A DNA stretch of 64,000 nt from Eledone cirrhosa (taxonomy: Eukaryota), in contig OZ024743.1 in assembly GCA_964016885.1 (NCBI GenBank), positions 188,666,001-188,730,000 of the forward strand, written 5' to 3'. Position numbers and translations under genes: made by a program. A model generated the notes under the pieces. It was not told the DNA's origin. It saw only the letters and a list, made by a program, of their open reading frames with translations, and did not search any database. Below, in pieces: positions 1 through 13,351 of this stretch. Each line of letters starts with the position of its first letter. Position 1 is the stretch's first letter.

Positions 1-805
1 TGTTCTCACCACCTCCGCCCATGTTTTTCGTGGTCTACCTCTAACACGTCTTCCTTCAACTGGCATTTCCTGGCACTTCTTCACCCATCGGTTATCCTCC
101 ATGCGCATCACATGTCCATACCACCTAAGTCTCCTCTCCCGTACACTACATTCTATCCCTCTCAGACACAGTTTCTCTCTCAACACATTTATGCTGGGTC
201 GTTCATGCACATTTACACTGCACATCCAATGGAGCATGCTTGCCTCATTTCTCTCCAGCCGTTGCATATCCTCTGCAGTTGCTGCCCATATCTCACTACC
301 ACGCAGCATCGCGCTCCTCACACAAGCATCATACAACCGGCCTTTCGTACGCAGGAAGAAACCCTTCTTAGTCAGCAGAGGAAGCAGCTCCCTAAACTTC
401 TTCCAACCCGTCCTTATTCTAGATACTATGGCCTTGGAACACCCTCCTCCCATACTAATCTGATCTCCTAGGTACCGGAAGCTATCGGCCACTTCTATAG
501 TGCCGTCCTGCATTTGAAAAATGTGTCTATCAATGCGACTTCTAGTCTAATTTCCCTGTACATCTACTGCATACATATTTCTCCCTACCTGTTAGTTTGC
601 CTGCTATCCCGCTACATCTCTTGTGTACCCAGGATCTGCATTGTGTGCATTTTATAGAATTTATGCCAGTTCCTTTTCTGCATATCGAACATGGCCATTT
701 CCCTGACGGAATCAGGGTTTTGTCCTCTTTTCTACTCATCAACACTTGCTTCCAACTGCTGTTTCCATAGCCAGAATTTATTCTCTAGCTCCCCTACTGA
801 TTCTG

Positions 806-1492
806 CTATGAGAACCATAGAACAGCATAGAGAAGTTCCCATGGACAGCCAGTCTTAAACTCCTCTGTTATGGCTTGGAGGATTATAATGAACAAGAGCG
901 GGCTGAGGACTGAACCCTGATGTACTCCTACTTGTATCTGGAATTCCTCACTAAACTCCATTCCTACCCTGACTTTACTGAGAGTACCTCTGTACAAAGT
1001 TTGCACTGTCCTCACAAGCCATTCCTCAACACGTAGCTTCCTTAGGGACCACCAGATGACAGATTGGGGTACCCTATCAAAGGCCTTCTCTAGGTCAACA
1101 AAGGCTAAGTATAGTGGCTTATTTTTCTCTAAGAACCTCTCTTGCAATTGTCTCACCAAGAAGAGGGCCTCTGTTGTACTCTTCTCAGGCACAAAACCAA
1201 ACTGCATCTCATCTAGTTTGACCCTTTCTCTAATTAGTTGTGCTAATATCCTTTCTGTCACTTTCATAACCTGATCCATCAGTTTTATACCCCTATAATT
1301 GCTCCTCTCCAGAGCATCCCCTTTACCTTTGTAGCAATTTATGAGAACACTGCTGCACCAGTCTTTGGGTATGACACCACCATATATAGCCTGATTGATG
1401 ATGCGTGCAACCAGTTTAGTGCCTACGTCCACTGATGCCTTCAGCATCTCAGCAACTATTCCCAATGGTCCAGCAGCCTTAGCATTTTTCAT
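806..1492 (-). pseudogene. LINE reverse transcriptase fragment
   Basis: RT motifs present up to WELLYA; the YADD motif is disrupted by a frameshift. Confidence 0.9.
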
Positions 1493-1803
1493 TTTCTTAA
1501 TCGCCTCTTAGACCCTATATTCGTCAATCTCAATAGCTGGTCCCTCTGTCAGATCTACTAAGGGTAATTTCTCTCTCTCCCATTCGTTCTCCACATTCAT
1601 CAGTCTCTCATATTGACATTTCCAGGCCTCCTTTTTCTGATCATTTGTGACACTAAGTACACCGGCATCATCCCGGACACATTTATCTCCAACAACATCC
1701 TGATTTGCATTGACACACTGCCTTGCAATGTGGAACACCGCACGCCTCTGATCTTCCCGTCATAGAACATTGGCAAACCTCTACTCTCCGCCTCCCTGCG
1801 TGC

Positions 1804-2967
1804 TTAGTACACCTGACGTCTAGCTTCTCTCTTAGTGGCTGTATATTCTTCCCTACTGCCACCCTTTTTCCAAGCCTTCCATGCTAGTATTTTGTCTCTA
1901 ATGGCCTTATCTACTGTGCTGTTCCACCACCAGGTCACTCGCTGTCTGGTTGCAGCTCTGCTCCAGCCACAAGTTTCATCAGTAGCCTGCAACATGTTGT
2001 TACGTAAGAAATTCCAGTTATTATCTAATTTATACGTCTCTAAATCGTCTTCTTTTTCGTCATATACATCTTGAAGGGCTTTCCTAAATTTGTATTTTAG
2101 TGAAAGGTCTTTTAGCTTCCAGACCTTTCTTCTCCACACCTCCCTGTATGTCTCATTCCATCTCTTGCTTACTGAGATATCACTAACGACTAACCTATGC
2201 TGTGGGGTACATTCTTCCCCAGGGTATGCTTTCGTATTAGACACTATCTGCCTGTCCCGCTGCCTAACTAGTAAGAAGTCAATCTGGCTTATGTGCTCAC
2301 CAGATTTGTAGGTTATTAGGTGATTGGCAGGTTTCTGGAAGTTTGTGTTGCAAATAGTCAATGTACCTGCATCACAAAATTCAAGAAGTCTCACTCCTTC
2401 TTCATTTCTTGAGCCGTAACCGTGCCCACCATGTACCCCAGTGTAACCATCCTGGAGCTGTCCAACATGACCATTGAAGTCTCCTGCTAGCATAACGATG
2501 TCTCCGTCCTCTGTCATTGCGGTTGTTTGTAAAAGTTGCTCGTAAAAGCAGTCTTTCTCATCTTTGCCTAGGCCTGCTTGGGGAGCATAGGCAGAGATGA
2601 TTGTCAGTAGTCTCCTGCCTACAACTAATCTAAGCTTAATTATTCGATTACTAACTCGAACTACCTCTATTGTCTTGCTGATCCATTTCTCAGCCAGGAA
2701 AATGCCTACTCCCCCTAACCCATCATCCTTACCTACCCAGAATAGCTTATAGCTAAGACGTTTGCCTACGACTAGTCTCGCAGAGGCATCTCTCCATCTC
2801 ACCTCTTGCATGCAGCACACATCCACATGCCTTCTCTCCAGCATCTCTGCTATTTCAGTAGATCTACCTCTGAGAGTGCCAACATTAAGTGTTGCACTCT
2901 CAGATGCGACGTCTTCATATTTTGTTGTTGTTCCTATTTGTTGTTGTGCTGATAAGCGTTTTGGCAT
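1804..2967 (-). pseudogene. LINE APE endonuclease domain ORF
   Basis: 387-aa ORF with EEP/APE catalytic motifs; separated from RT by a stop/frameshift. Confidence 0.9.
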
Positions 2968-3139
2968 TGAGACACTGGTTGGATGCCCTTCCTAACACCA
3001 ACGCCACTTTACAGCATGGACTGGGTGCTTTTATTTGTGTCACCTGCACTAGAGAGAATGTCTTACTAGACTTAAGGGCCCTCTCTACCCCTCCATTTTA
3101 CAGCATGGTCATTAAAAAAAAAAAAAATAATAATAATAA

Positions 3140-3340
3140 TATTAATAATTGTTTCTACTTTTGGCACAAGGCCAGGAATTATTCCAGAGCATTACTAGTA
3201 CTTTATTTTATCGACCCTGTAAGGATGAAAGGCAAAGTTAACCTCGGCAGGATTTGAACTCAGAACGTAAAGGGCCGTAACTCTATGCTGTAAAGCATGG
3301 TGTTTGACGCTCTATTGATGCTGCCAATTCACCGCCCTTC
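3140..3340 (-). mobile_element. tRNA-derived SINE (Nin-domain-like core)
   Basis: B-box GAGTTCAAATCC (rc of 3250-3261), core GCCTTTCATCCTT..GGTCGATAAAATAAAGTAC, (TTA)n tail; many copies in the window. Confidence 0.8.
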
Positions 3341-3364
3341 TATATAATAATAATGTTAATAATA

Positions 3365-3642
3365 AAAGTGGGAATTAAAAAAGGATTTGGGACTATCATG
3401 TGATCAAGGTCATGGCACTAGGTACTATCTTGAAGAGTTTTCAACAATGGTTAAAGAATATTAGTTTAGCCCCCTTTTTTGGAACACTTCCAAAGGCATG
3501 CTTGCTGGGAACAGCAAGAACTCTCCGATATGTCCTGAATATCTGAGGTTGCAGGTTATGAATGGCTTGATGTTCATTTGAACAAACTTTCCAGTTAAAA
3601 AACATCAATGACTGAGACTCCAAGAAAATAATAATAATAATC
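3365..3642 (+). mobile_element. 3' end of R4/Dong-like RLE non-LTR retrotransposon
   Basis: Translates to ALGTILKSFQQWLKNI..KACLLGTARTLRYVLNI*, followed by a (TAA)n tail; similar to the C-terminus at ~62050-62185. Confidence 0.7.
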
Positions 3643-3729
3643 TTAACTATAATAATGAAAGGAGTGCGGGACTGCATCCAGAATATAATTTTTTATCCCG
3701 TTTGTAAAATAGTTGGATTACTTTGAATA

Positions 3730-3845
3730 AATAATTGTTTCTACTTTAGGCACAAGGCCAGCAATTACCCAGTACATTACTGCTACTTTATTTTATCGAC
3801 CCCGTAAGGATGAAAGGCAAAGTCAACCTCGGCGGGATTTGAATA
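3730..3845 (-). mobile_element. SINE partial copy
   Basis: Near-identical to the core of 3140-3260. Confidence 0.75.
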
Positions 3846-3977
3846 AATAATGAATGAATATTACATAATTTATCTAATAAATTTTGTAACACATGATTAA
3901 ACATATATTAAAAATATTATTGCATAGTTCAAGATTCACTTCTTTTAAAAGATTCAAATTTCAATACTTCTAGTATA

Positions 3978-6900
3978 TCTATACTATAGATATAGAGAGA
4001 GAGTGAAAGAGAAAGATGAAGAGATTTGGATTTTTTTCAACACGCTGATGTGCATGTGTATGCGTGTCTGTATATTGTTCTTTGATTTTATAAAATTGCT
4101 AGAGTGAGAAAGAGAGATTGTATGTGTAAAGAAAGGAGTGACTGTGACAGATATATATATATTGTTTTCAAATGCATTTTGCTGCTACCACTGTTGTTAT
4201 GACTACCTCATACTACTCTCTCATACAGATAGAGTGACTGTGACAGAGAGAGAGATTGTGTGTGAGTATATGAAGAGAGAGATACAGATAGATAGAATGA
4301 CTGTGACATATTGTTTTGATACTCGTTTTGCTGCTACGACTCTTGTTATGACTACCTCATACTAGTCTCCCTATATATATCTGGTGTATGGAATAACAGA
4401 CGATCAGACATTGTTCTTTCATAATGTTTATAATATCTCATTTATTTCAAAGATTTCTTTTCCCCGTGACAATATATATATATTATTTTTTTTTTGTTTA
4501 ACATATATTTATTTCTAAGATTTCACCGTAAAGATAACATATATTTATACATACATGACAGAAAGTGAACATAGGATGCAGAAAACATTTCTCATCTAAA
4601 TCCCAACGCATGGCAGCAGATACACAATGACAAAGAGAGACGAGGGCAAATCAATCAAACAATAATTGCTCTACAACATCCCAACAAATTTCTACAAATG
4701 TAATTCAGTTAACACACCAACAACAACTTACAACAAATACAGCAAACGTTCAGAGAGGAAGGAACAGGTCAATTGAAGGTTTGGCAAAGAATCCTACAGA
4801 TGAAACTTCCAAGAGCAAACTTTTCTTTCCATAATGCCACAACACAATGCAGGGAGTCTCTTTGACTCTGTTTTTCTGCACTGCAAAGCTTATCACTGGC
4901 CACATGAACCCAAATCTCTGTGCTGCTTCCAGGGAAAAGTGAAACTCCCTCAACTCCTCCTCCTCCACCATATATACTGAAATATTTCGATATCACTCAA
5001 GCAGGAAATTCTTTTCTCTATAAGATATGTGCATATAACAATGTGCTTGCCTTAGCTTCAATTGGTTGCAAAGAGATTCAAGCACCAAGATTTAGTCCCA
5101 CATTTAAGATCCAAGGTAAGATTTGTCATATTATTGGATCACTACTTCCAAGTGATGCTTCATCCAAGTTTGCGCAGCTTTACTTCTATGATACAGATCA
5201 TGAGCTTCAGAATCACTTGCATCATGCTAATTTAGATGCTGTTGTCCTGCAGGACCTGCAAGAAGACTTTCACTACCGCAACACCTATATAAGAAGCTTC
5301 AAGGAAGTCATTGAAATGCCAGTCTCTGAAAATATGTCCTACATGCTGACAAAATAAAACCCACTGATTTTCATTGTCGGACGTATAATCTTCCCATGGC
5401 ATCTAAGATTGCTGTTATTTAACCTGATACACCATTAGGTCTCTTGGATATCATCATTCATAAAAGAGATGGTGGTCTTCAGAGGATTCATCAGTTGCAC
5501 CATTCTTATGATCCTCTGCATTATGTGCTACTGTTTCCTTGGCGGAATAATGGGTTTCAGGTTGGTCTGAAAAGGATTGACAATAACCACACATTCACAC
5601 CCACTGATTTCTACTGTCATCGGTTTCAGGTTAGGCAAGGTGACTGTAACATTACCATGAAGAGCAGGAGGCTGATGCAGCAATATGCTGTAGATGCCCA
5701 GGCAAAAATAGAACATTGTTGCCTCAAATGGGCCTGCAACAATCAAACCATGATATGAGTTGAAAAGTATGAGGGTTTGTACGATGCTGTGGTTGAAGGA
5801 GATTCAGTAAAGGCAGGCCGGAGAATTGTTCTTCCTCCTTCAATCTATGGTTCACCTCACTTCTACAGTGAGTGCTTTCAGAATTCAATGACTGGTTCGA
5901 CCCATGTGAAAGCCATCTTATTTCATCACGGTAACAACTAACTGGGATGAAATAAAAAATAGTTTGCACCTAGAGACCGTCCTGATATTTGTGCAAGAGT
6001 CTTCAAGATCAAGTATGACAGCCTCATGGATGAGATACTGAAAAAAATGTTCTAGGAAAAGTTGTAGCTCATTCTACTACAATAGTGGCAGAAACGAGGC
6101 CTCACTCATGCTCATATTCTGCTGATAATGGCTGAAGATTGCAAGCCCAAAACTGCTGCCATTGATCAGGTTGTGCTGTGAGATTCCTGATAAAGAGACC
6201 AATCCAATTCTGCATAAGATCATCACATCCTCCAATATTCATGGCCCATGTGGACAAGCTAATATGATGTGTATAGAAGGGCTAGGACAACAACGCCATT
6301 GCATTCACACAAACCCCATTTGTTGCCGAAAACTACTTTCTGGAGTATAGAAGAAGGGATAGACAGCATGGTGGTCACACCCATACAATCCAACTTAAAG
6401 GTCAAGAATTTACTGTTGATAATCGTTGGATTGTTCCATACAACCATTTCCTCTCATTGAGATATCAGTGCCACATCAATTGTAAGGTTTCCACAGTGTT
6501 AAGACTGTTAAGTACTTATATAAGTACATCACAAAAGGATCAGACAAGATCACTTTCACTATTAAGGATGATCAAGGAAATTGTGTCCATGCCCAAAATG
6601 AGATTGAGACCTATATCAATGCACGGTACATTTCAGCCAGTTAAGCATTCTGGAGAATCTATAAATTTCCATTATATCATTGAAAACTGCCAGTTGAAAA
6701 GTTGCCTTGCCATTTACCTGGAGAACAAATGGTCGTGTATGAGGGAGGGCAGGAAGAAAGTATTGTTTCTAGGGGACAGTCAATGACTAAGTTGACGGAA
6801 TATTTTCAACTGAATATTAGAGACCCACTGGCACAAAATATATTGTATATTGATATTCCTAAATATTTCCCTTGGACAAACAAAAAGTGGCAAAGAAGAA

Positions 6901-9313
6901 AAAAGAGACATCTGGATGGTGATCAACAATTTATGAGTGAATCTCTTGGACACATTCCAACAGTATCTCTCAGTAGACATCAATCTGAATTATATTATCT
7001 CTGGATGATCCTACATCACAAGGCTAGGTCAACTTCATACAAAGATTTGAGGACAATTGAAGGAGTTGAATTTCCAACATTCCAAGAAGCAACTTGGTGT
7101 GTTGGATCAAGATGGAGAAAAAGACAGAGCTATGGAAGAGGCCTCATGCATTATGCTTGGTTCTCAGCTGTAAGAGCTCTTCTACACCATTTTATTATAC
7201 TGTGTGCCAAATGACCCTCTGCAAGTCTGTGAGAAATGGAAGAATTGTCTTACAGAGGATATCATGAGCAAGTCATGTCCATGCAAACTGTGCAGATTGT
7301 TCTACAGAAAATCCAACAAAGACTTCAACATGATGGCTTGGACAATCATGCCAATAATGGACTTCCTCAGCCAGACCCAACTATTGTTGCCATACCAGAA
7401 ATCAACAGGGTTCTTATGGCAGAAACTGATTTCAATACACACCAACTGCAAGCAAACATAAATGAACTTCTGCCAACATTGAATCCTGAGCAACTGGTTA
7501 TTTTTCACAAAGTAATCACCTCTGTAAATAAAAATGAAGGCAGAGTTTTCTACTTGAATGCAAGTGCAGGTACAGAAAAGACCTATGTCATAAACATTCT
7601 ATTGGATTACCTCCGATCTAAAAAAGAATTGCACTTGCCACTGCCATATCTGAAATAGCAGCCACTTTGCTTCACAAAGGTAGAACTCTTCATTCCAAGT
7701 GCAAGATTCCTCTCAATGTGACTGCTGAATCAACTTGCTTCTTCACAAAGAGGGATGATACAGGTAAACTTATGCAGCAAGCTGACCTGCTAATCATTGA
7801 GGAGATAGGTATGGGACGTAAGCATATCTTTGAATGTCTTGACAGGAACTTCAAAGATGTTCGAGATAGCAAAAAGCCATTTGGTGGTCTAACAATAATA
7901 CTATCTGGTGACTGGAAGCAAATTCTTCCAGTTGTACGTCATGGTGCTAGACCACAAATAGTTGAGGTAACCATCAAGAGATCCTATCTCTGGTACTATG
8001 TGGAAACCATGGAGATGACAACCAATCAACGGTTAATTAATGCAAAGTATTCTGATGAAAGATGCAAACTACCTTCATGATGTGGGAAATGGTAACATTC
8101 CAACTGTTCCAACTGTAGTTGTAGTCACAATTCTTCTGCCAAATGAACTTTGTCTGGAATATGGTAATGTGTCTGGACTGTGTGATTTTGTGTATACAAA
8201 TCTTCCAGGAAACTACACAAACCCACTATGGCTTGCAAGTAGAGCCATTATCACTCCAACAAATGATGCAGCAAGATTGATGAATGAGTTCATGGTCAAC
8301 AAGTTCCCTGGTCATGAAATAATCTACAGAAGCTCTGACACAGTAGATGAGGAACTGCAATTTCCAGTTGAGTTCATTAACAAACTTACCCCATCAGGCT
8401 TCCCAACACACATACTTAAACTGAAGAAAGGCAGTTGCATCATGCTTCTGAGAAATCTGGATCCTCTAAACGGGCATTGCAATGGTACATCATCATCAGT
8501 TTATATAATCATATAATTGAAACTGAAGTGGCATTGGGTCTCAATGCTGAAACAAGTTTGCTAATCCCAAGGATACCACATGTATCTCAAGAGCGTGAGT
8601 TCCCTTTCACCTTTACTCGCAAGCAATTTCCTGTCAAACCAGCCTTTGCCCTTACATGCAACAAGGCACATTTGAAAAGATAGGTGTATATCTACCAACA
8701 CAATTCTTAAGTAAATATCTACCAACACAATTCTTCTCACATAGTTAGATGTATGTTGCATTATCATGAGTTACAAAAAAAGAAAATACAAAAATATTAA
8801 ATGATAGGGGTCTGTTTGCTGACAAATGTGTCTACAAAGAAATTCTACAGTGATGTGAAACGGTTGTCACTCTCTTTTAGTTGAAATGCATTTCAGTTTC
8901 TTTTTAATTGCTAGAAAAGGGACACAATTTAAGAAGTCTATATGTGAATACAGTAAAACAACAATATAGCGAAGTTCAACTCTTCATATTGGTCAATGTA
9001 ATTCATTCATTCATACCAGCAGCATTTATATTCAAATTCACTGCTTGACACTTCCCATTGAGATTCTCAAGTGAAGATTCATGAACATTTTCCATCAATA
9101 GTTTCACTTTTCCATCTCCATTATCGCCTTTTTATTAAATGTATCATGGATTACTTTACTGATTACAGAAGTAAGTGTAACACAGTCTTTGTTCAGTTTA
9201 TGTGCATATTGTCAATTTACGTATCATATCTATGGGCATATATATTTGCATATATCAATATGCATACTACATATACTAGTAGAAAACCGCCCGCTGGGCG
9301 GTTCTTCCGCTAG
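3978..9313 (+). mobile_element. Helitron (Rep-helicase), degenerate, with both termini
   Basis: 5' A|TCTATACTATAG at 3977-3989. Rep motifs KPSYFITVT (~5910), WQKRGLTHAHILL (6086-6124), YLYKYITKG (~6510-6540). PIF1 helicase motifs (ASAGTEKT, LIIEE, SGDWKQILPVV, LLRNLDP..GHCNGT, RKQFPVKPAFALTCNKA). 3' hairpin AACCGCCC-GCT-GGGCGGTT (9285-9303), then CTAG|T (9310-9314). The 5' end is less certain than the 3' end. Confidence 0.9.
4920..8850 (+). pseudogene. Helitron RepHel ORF, broken into many fragments by stops and frameshifts
   Basis: Consecutive + ORFs 4920-8683 give collinear RepHel segments (e.g. PTFKIQGKICHIIGSLLP, HHSYDPLHYVLLFP, CHLPGEQ). Confidence 0.88.
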
Positions 9314-9315
9314 TA

Positions 9316-9505
9316 ATAATAATAATAGTTTCAATTTTAGGCACAAGAACAGCAATCTTAGGTTGGAGGTGAAAGTCGATTAAATCAATCTCAGCACTTC
9401 ATTATCTCAATACAAGAAGAAGGAAAAGCAAAGCTGGTCTTGGTCAGATTTGAACTCAAAGTGTAAAAAAACAGAACAAATACTTCAAGGCAATTTTGTC
9501 CAGCA
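9316..9505 (-). mobile_element. Diverged SINE copy
   Basis: aggcacaag...aaagtcgattaaatc...gatttgaactc motifs shared with the other SINE copies. Confidence 0.6.
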
Positions 9506-9599
9506 TTCTTGAATGCAGTATGAGCAATCAAACTATAACAAAAAAAAAAAATGAATATTATATAAGTTTTTGTTTTTTACTAGCAGTTCATCATTGAGG

Positions 9600-10750
9600 T
9601 GTTCCACAAATTAGAAGTCCATTTCCTTCCTAATCAACACATTACACAATTTTTTAATTCCCTGAAACAATTTTGAATAGTACTCTCTGAAACTTGCTTT
9701 GATATCATTGCTTCCATATCCAATAGACTAGGAAAGAAAATTCAGTTTGCAATTTCATTTGCATCAGATTGGCATAGAATATCATTGAGTTTGATTAAAA
9801 ATTCTTGTATAAATTTCCTTTGGATAATAAGATATTAAAGCTCATATAATATCTTGGTTACCTGGTTGGATTATCGATGGGATGTTTGAAGGCAAGAAAA
9901 TTACTTTGATGTTCATTAACGAGGGGACATTACAAGGGCAAATGTCTTTGTATTTTATAATTCACAAATAACAAGACAAATTTTGCCTCAGTTGCCAATT
10001 CCATTTAAGTAACCACTTGTTAAAAGTAACTCTAGCTATTAATGCAAAATAATAGTAATGAGTAGTTAAACGTTTGGCAATTTTAAAACTCTGTTTATGT
10101 TTTCTTATCACTCACCTGAAGCTCTCATTTCTCTATCTTCTTATAAGCACAACAAAGATCTGTCATCCACACTTTCAACATCTAAATCCTTTGGAACATT
10201 ATATGGAAATAAATTCTTTCATCTGCATTGCAAATATTTTCAAGAGAATATCCATCAATAACTTTTGACCATTCTCTCTTAATCAACACTGGAGCTGATG
10301 AAAAGCTGCACTATTTTCTTGCCACGAATATGTATTGTGTGTACAGCATAATTTCTTGTCGTTTCCACCTGTTAAATCCTCCATGAGTTGGTATGAAATT
10401 TTCTTTAAAAATCACTTTTTCAAACTCTTCTCCATTTTCATGAAACTATTGCCCATTAATTGAAGTATACCTTACTCAAACATTGCTAAACCAAAATTTT
10501 CCGTGCTGGCACATTTGGATTATCATTGCCAAATTGTACTTTCTTACAATCTATGTTTTCATTAGTTAGTACTAATTTTCCAATAGCAGTGCAAGTTTTT
10601 TTTTTATTTTACACAAGAGAGGCTGTGAAATTTAAAATAAATGGCAGCATTGCACTGATTCAGTTTGGGTAGCTAATTCTTTCATTGCAATATTATATTT
10701 TTCATCTAGTAGAGATAGATCTTTGCATTTCTTGCATATATTTATCACCA
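9600..10750 (-). pseudogene. Tigger/pogo (CENP-B-like DDE) transposase remnant
   Basis: Manual - strand translation gives NIKVIFLPSNIPSIIQPGNQDII*ALISYY (~9820-9915), VSESTIQNCFR (~9660-9695) and an HTH-like SINGQ...THGGFNRWKRQ segment (~10355-10490). Confidence 0.7.
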
Positions 10751-12359
10751 TGGTGAGGAATCTTTATAAGAAATTACGAGATCATGTAACAACCATTTTG
10801 TGCTAACGTTGACATAAATTTGATATCTCCCTCCCTACCTATCTCTCATAGTGTTGACAATGTTCAGTAGTCATGCAGCAGCTATCGATAGCTACCTTCT
10901 TATTTATTTATCTAACTTTTGACAATAAATAAAACATCTCTATTTGTCTATCATCTATCTCTCTATCTATTTGTCTGTCTGCAGCTCCATCTGTTTATCT
11001 AACAGCCAACCTATTGTTATCTATTTATGTATACATACCAAAGTATCTATCTTCAGACAAGAACATCAATAACAATAGAAAAGCCCAAATCACCATGGCA
11101 GTCCAATAATAGAAAGGTGGATAGATAGACAAATTTAGAGGCTATATGTTTGATATTTATTAAAGAAAAATGCCGAAAATATAATATTCTAATTGATTTA
11201 AATGTATGTAAAAACGAAATATGGAAATTGCCAGAGTGACAAGAGAGAGAGAGAAGGTAAAGAATTAAATATATTTTACTATAAGCCTTATCATTTTTTA
11301 ATGATCACGCGTGATCAATTATATTCAATAAAAAAACAGTTTAAATAAACTTGAAAATCATAATTTCATTGTTTCTAAATTCTCACAGCCTCTCTAACAA
11401 AAAGAGAATCACAACTTAGATTCCTCCTGACACACACTCTCAAAGTTGAGTGGCATGGTTATAGAATACACAATTAATAAAAAGAGGTTTACTTTAAAAT
11501 TTTGATAACAGTATTCAGATATATGAACAAGCTTAATACATGAAATACGTTTAACCATTCCGATCAACTTAATATTCTCGTATATCCACTCCCATTTCCA
11601 ACATACAATTCTACCATCACCATCCTCATTATCACAACTACTGTTCAGCATCACTGTACAACATCTCTGAAACAAGTGCCTGTTGCATTGATATTCATGT
11701 TTATAGGTTATGCATTAGCAGTTGTGGTTGTGCAACATTTTACCTTAAAATTGTAATAACAATAACCATTAGATATTATTATCCATGATCATTATAAGTG
11801 GCCTCCATAGTAATAACTACATATTTATTTGCCACAAGTGTAGCATAAAAGGACATTACAAAAATAATTTACAAATATGTTGTGTGGTTTGCACAGAATC
11901 AATTTGGAATAAGCACATCTAGGAAACAAAAAGTATGAAAACAATAGAATGAGACATATCAATGAATGAGATACCACCTTGCACCAATCAAAAACCCTCA
12001 AAGATCCAGGATCATGCTAACTACTAAGGACAAGTGCCACCTCCCAACTTTGTTTTCTGGCCTGAAGCCTATTCATGTGACCTATTCTTGCCTCTTACAT
12101 CCACTTGTAATTGCAACTATACATAGATGCAACACTTTCCTTGCCGAGTGGAACTTGAAGAAATTGTTGAAGGCTTGCCTTAAAAATAGATTATCTATTT
12201 TGGGGTCTTTCTGTTTTGTCTAACATAAATATTTTATGCTACACACAAAGGAAAACTAACCCTTTCTAATCCTTTAGAGAATGTATGAATTGATGTATTA
12301 TAATCACATTTCCAAACTGGAAGGTGAATATGAGTTTCTGTAAATATTTCAGATGCAAT

Positions 12360-12670
12360 AATAATGATTTCTACTATAGGCACATGGTCAGTAGTTTATG
12401 GGGAGGGGAAAGTTGATTAAATCAACCCCAGTGCATTACTGGTGCTTTATTTTATCGACCCAAAAGGATGAATAGCAAAGCTAACCCTGGCGGAATTTGA
12501 ACTCAGAATGTAAAAGACATTGCATAAATCAGAAACCATTATTAATATTATGAGTGGTTTTCATAGTAAATACTTGAAATTATTGGATCTTTTACCTGTC
12601 AGAACATACAGGGCCATAACTCTATGCTGCAAAGTATGGTGTCTGATGTCCTACCAATTCTGCCAATCCA
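12360..12670 (-). mobile_element. SINE copy interrupted by ~100 bp of other sequence
   Basis: Same core and B-box as 3140-3340. Confidence 0.75.
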
Positions 12671-13147
12671 ATAATGAATACTAGCTTCAATATGAGAGCA
12701 TATATGTTGATTAATTGATCCTAATACATCAATATTATCATAATGAGGTGATATTGATGTATTAGGATCAATTGGTGATCCTAATACATCAAAAGTGATA
12801 GATTGGCAGAATAATTACAGCTTCAGTGTAAATGCCTTAAGGTATTTATTCTAGCAATTCAAAGTCTGCTAAAGAGAACATTGTCTTTCATCCTTACCAA
12901 ATCAATAAAATAAAATACAACTGACAACACACTAAACACCTGCACACATCATAATGTGCACCACATCTACAAACAACCACCAACTACACACCTGCACCCC
13001 TCACCTTGGCCTCCACATCCACACACTGGACCACTACCCTACCCACCAATGCTCCTCTTCATCCCTCTCTTTTTATTTTTTTTCTAATTTCATTAAAAAA
13101 ATGTTTATTTATTTTTTGTTTTCTTTGCACTTTTCCTTTTTTGTTTT

Positions 13148-13179
13148 TCCTGATGAAGGGCAAATGCCCGATACGTTGA
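13148..13179 (+). ncRNA. Minimal hammerhead motif, GAAA mutated to GAUA (likely inactive), in a PLE pLTR-like fragment
   Basis: CTGATGA-A-GGGC-AAAT-GCCC-GATA-CG-TT-GA. Confidence 0.55.
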
Positions 13180-13317
13180 CTATGTAACTCACTCCCTTTC
13201 TTTCAAACATGAAACTAATACGACTTTATGTTAATGCATCTTCTTGTTTGTTCGTTTCTTGTCTCCTTGATATATATATATGTATTTATACACACACGCG
13301 CACAGACAGACATATAT

Positions 13318-13351
<34 letters not shown>

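Larger units (their letters stand above)
1..3110 (-). mobile_element. RTE-clade LINE (APE endonuclease + RT + PHD finger), frameshifted, 3' end beyond window start
   Basis: ORF 1804-2967 has APE motifs (TLNVGTL, CMQEVRW, GDFNGH, QIDFLL, QHRLV). ORF 806-1492 has RT motifs (KAAGP, NYRGIKL, QFGF, DLEKAFDRV, GVHQGSVLSPLLF). A C4HC3 finger is at 560-691, and the C-terminus is similar to the other RTE copies. Confidence 0.93.

Noticed and set aside
101-471. + strand ORFs overlapping LINEs (also 18652-18990 and the - strand ORF 41401-41814)
   Set aside because: Antisense shadows of the LINE coding frame
3250-3340. tRNA gene
   Set aside because: A B-box is present but there is no cloverleaf; it is the head of a multi-copy SINE
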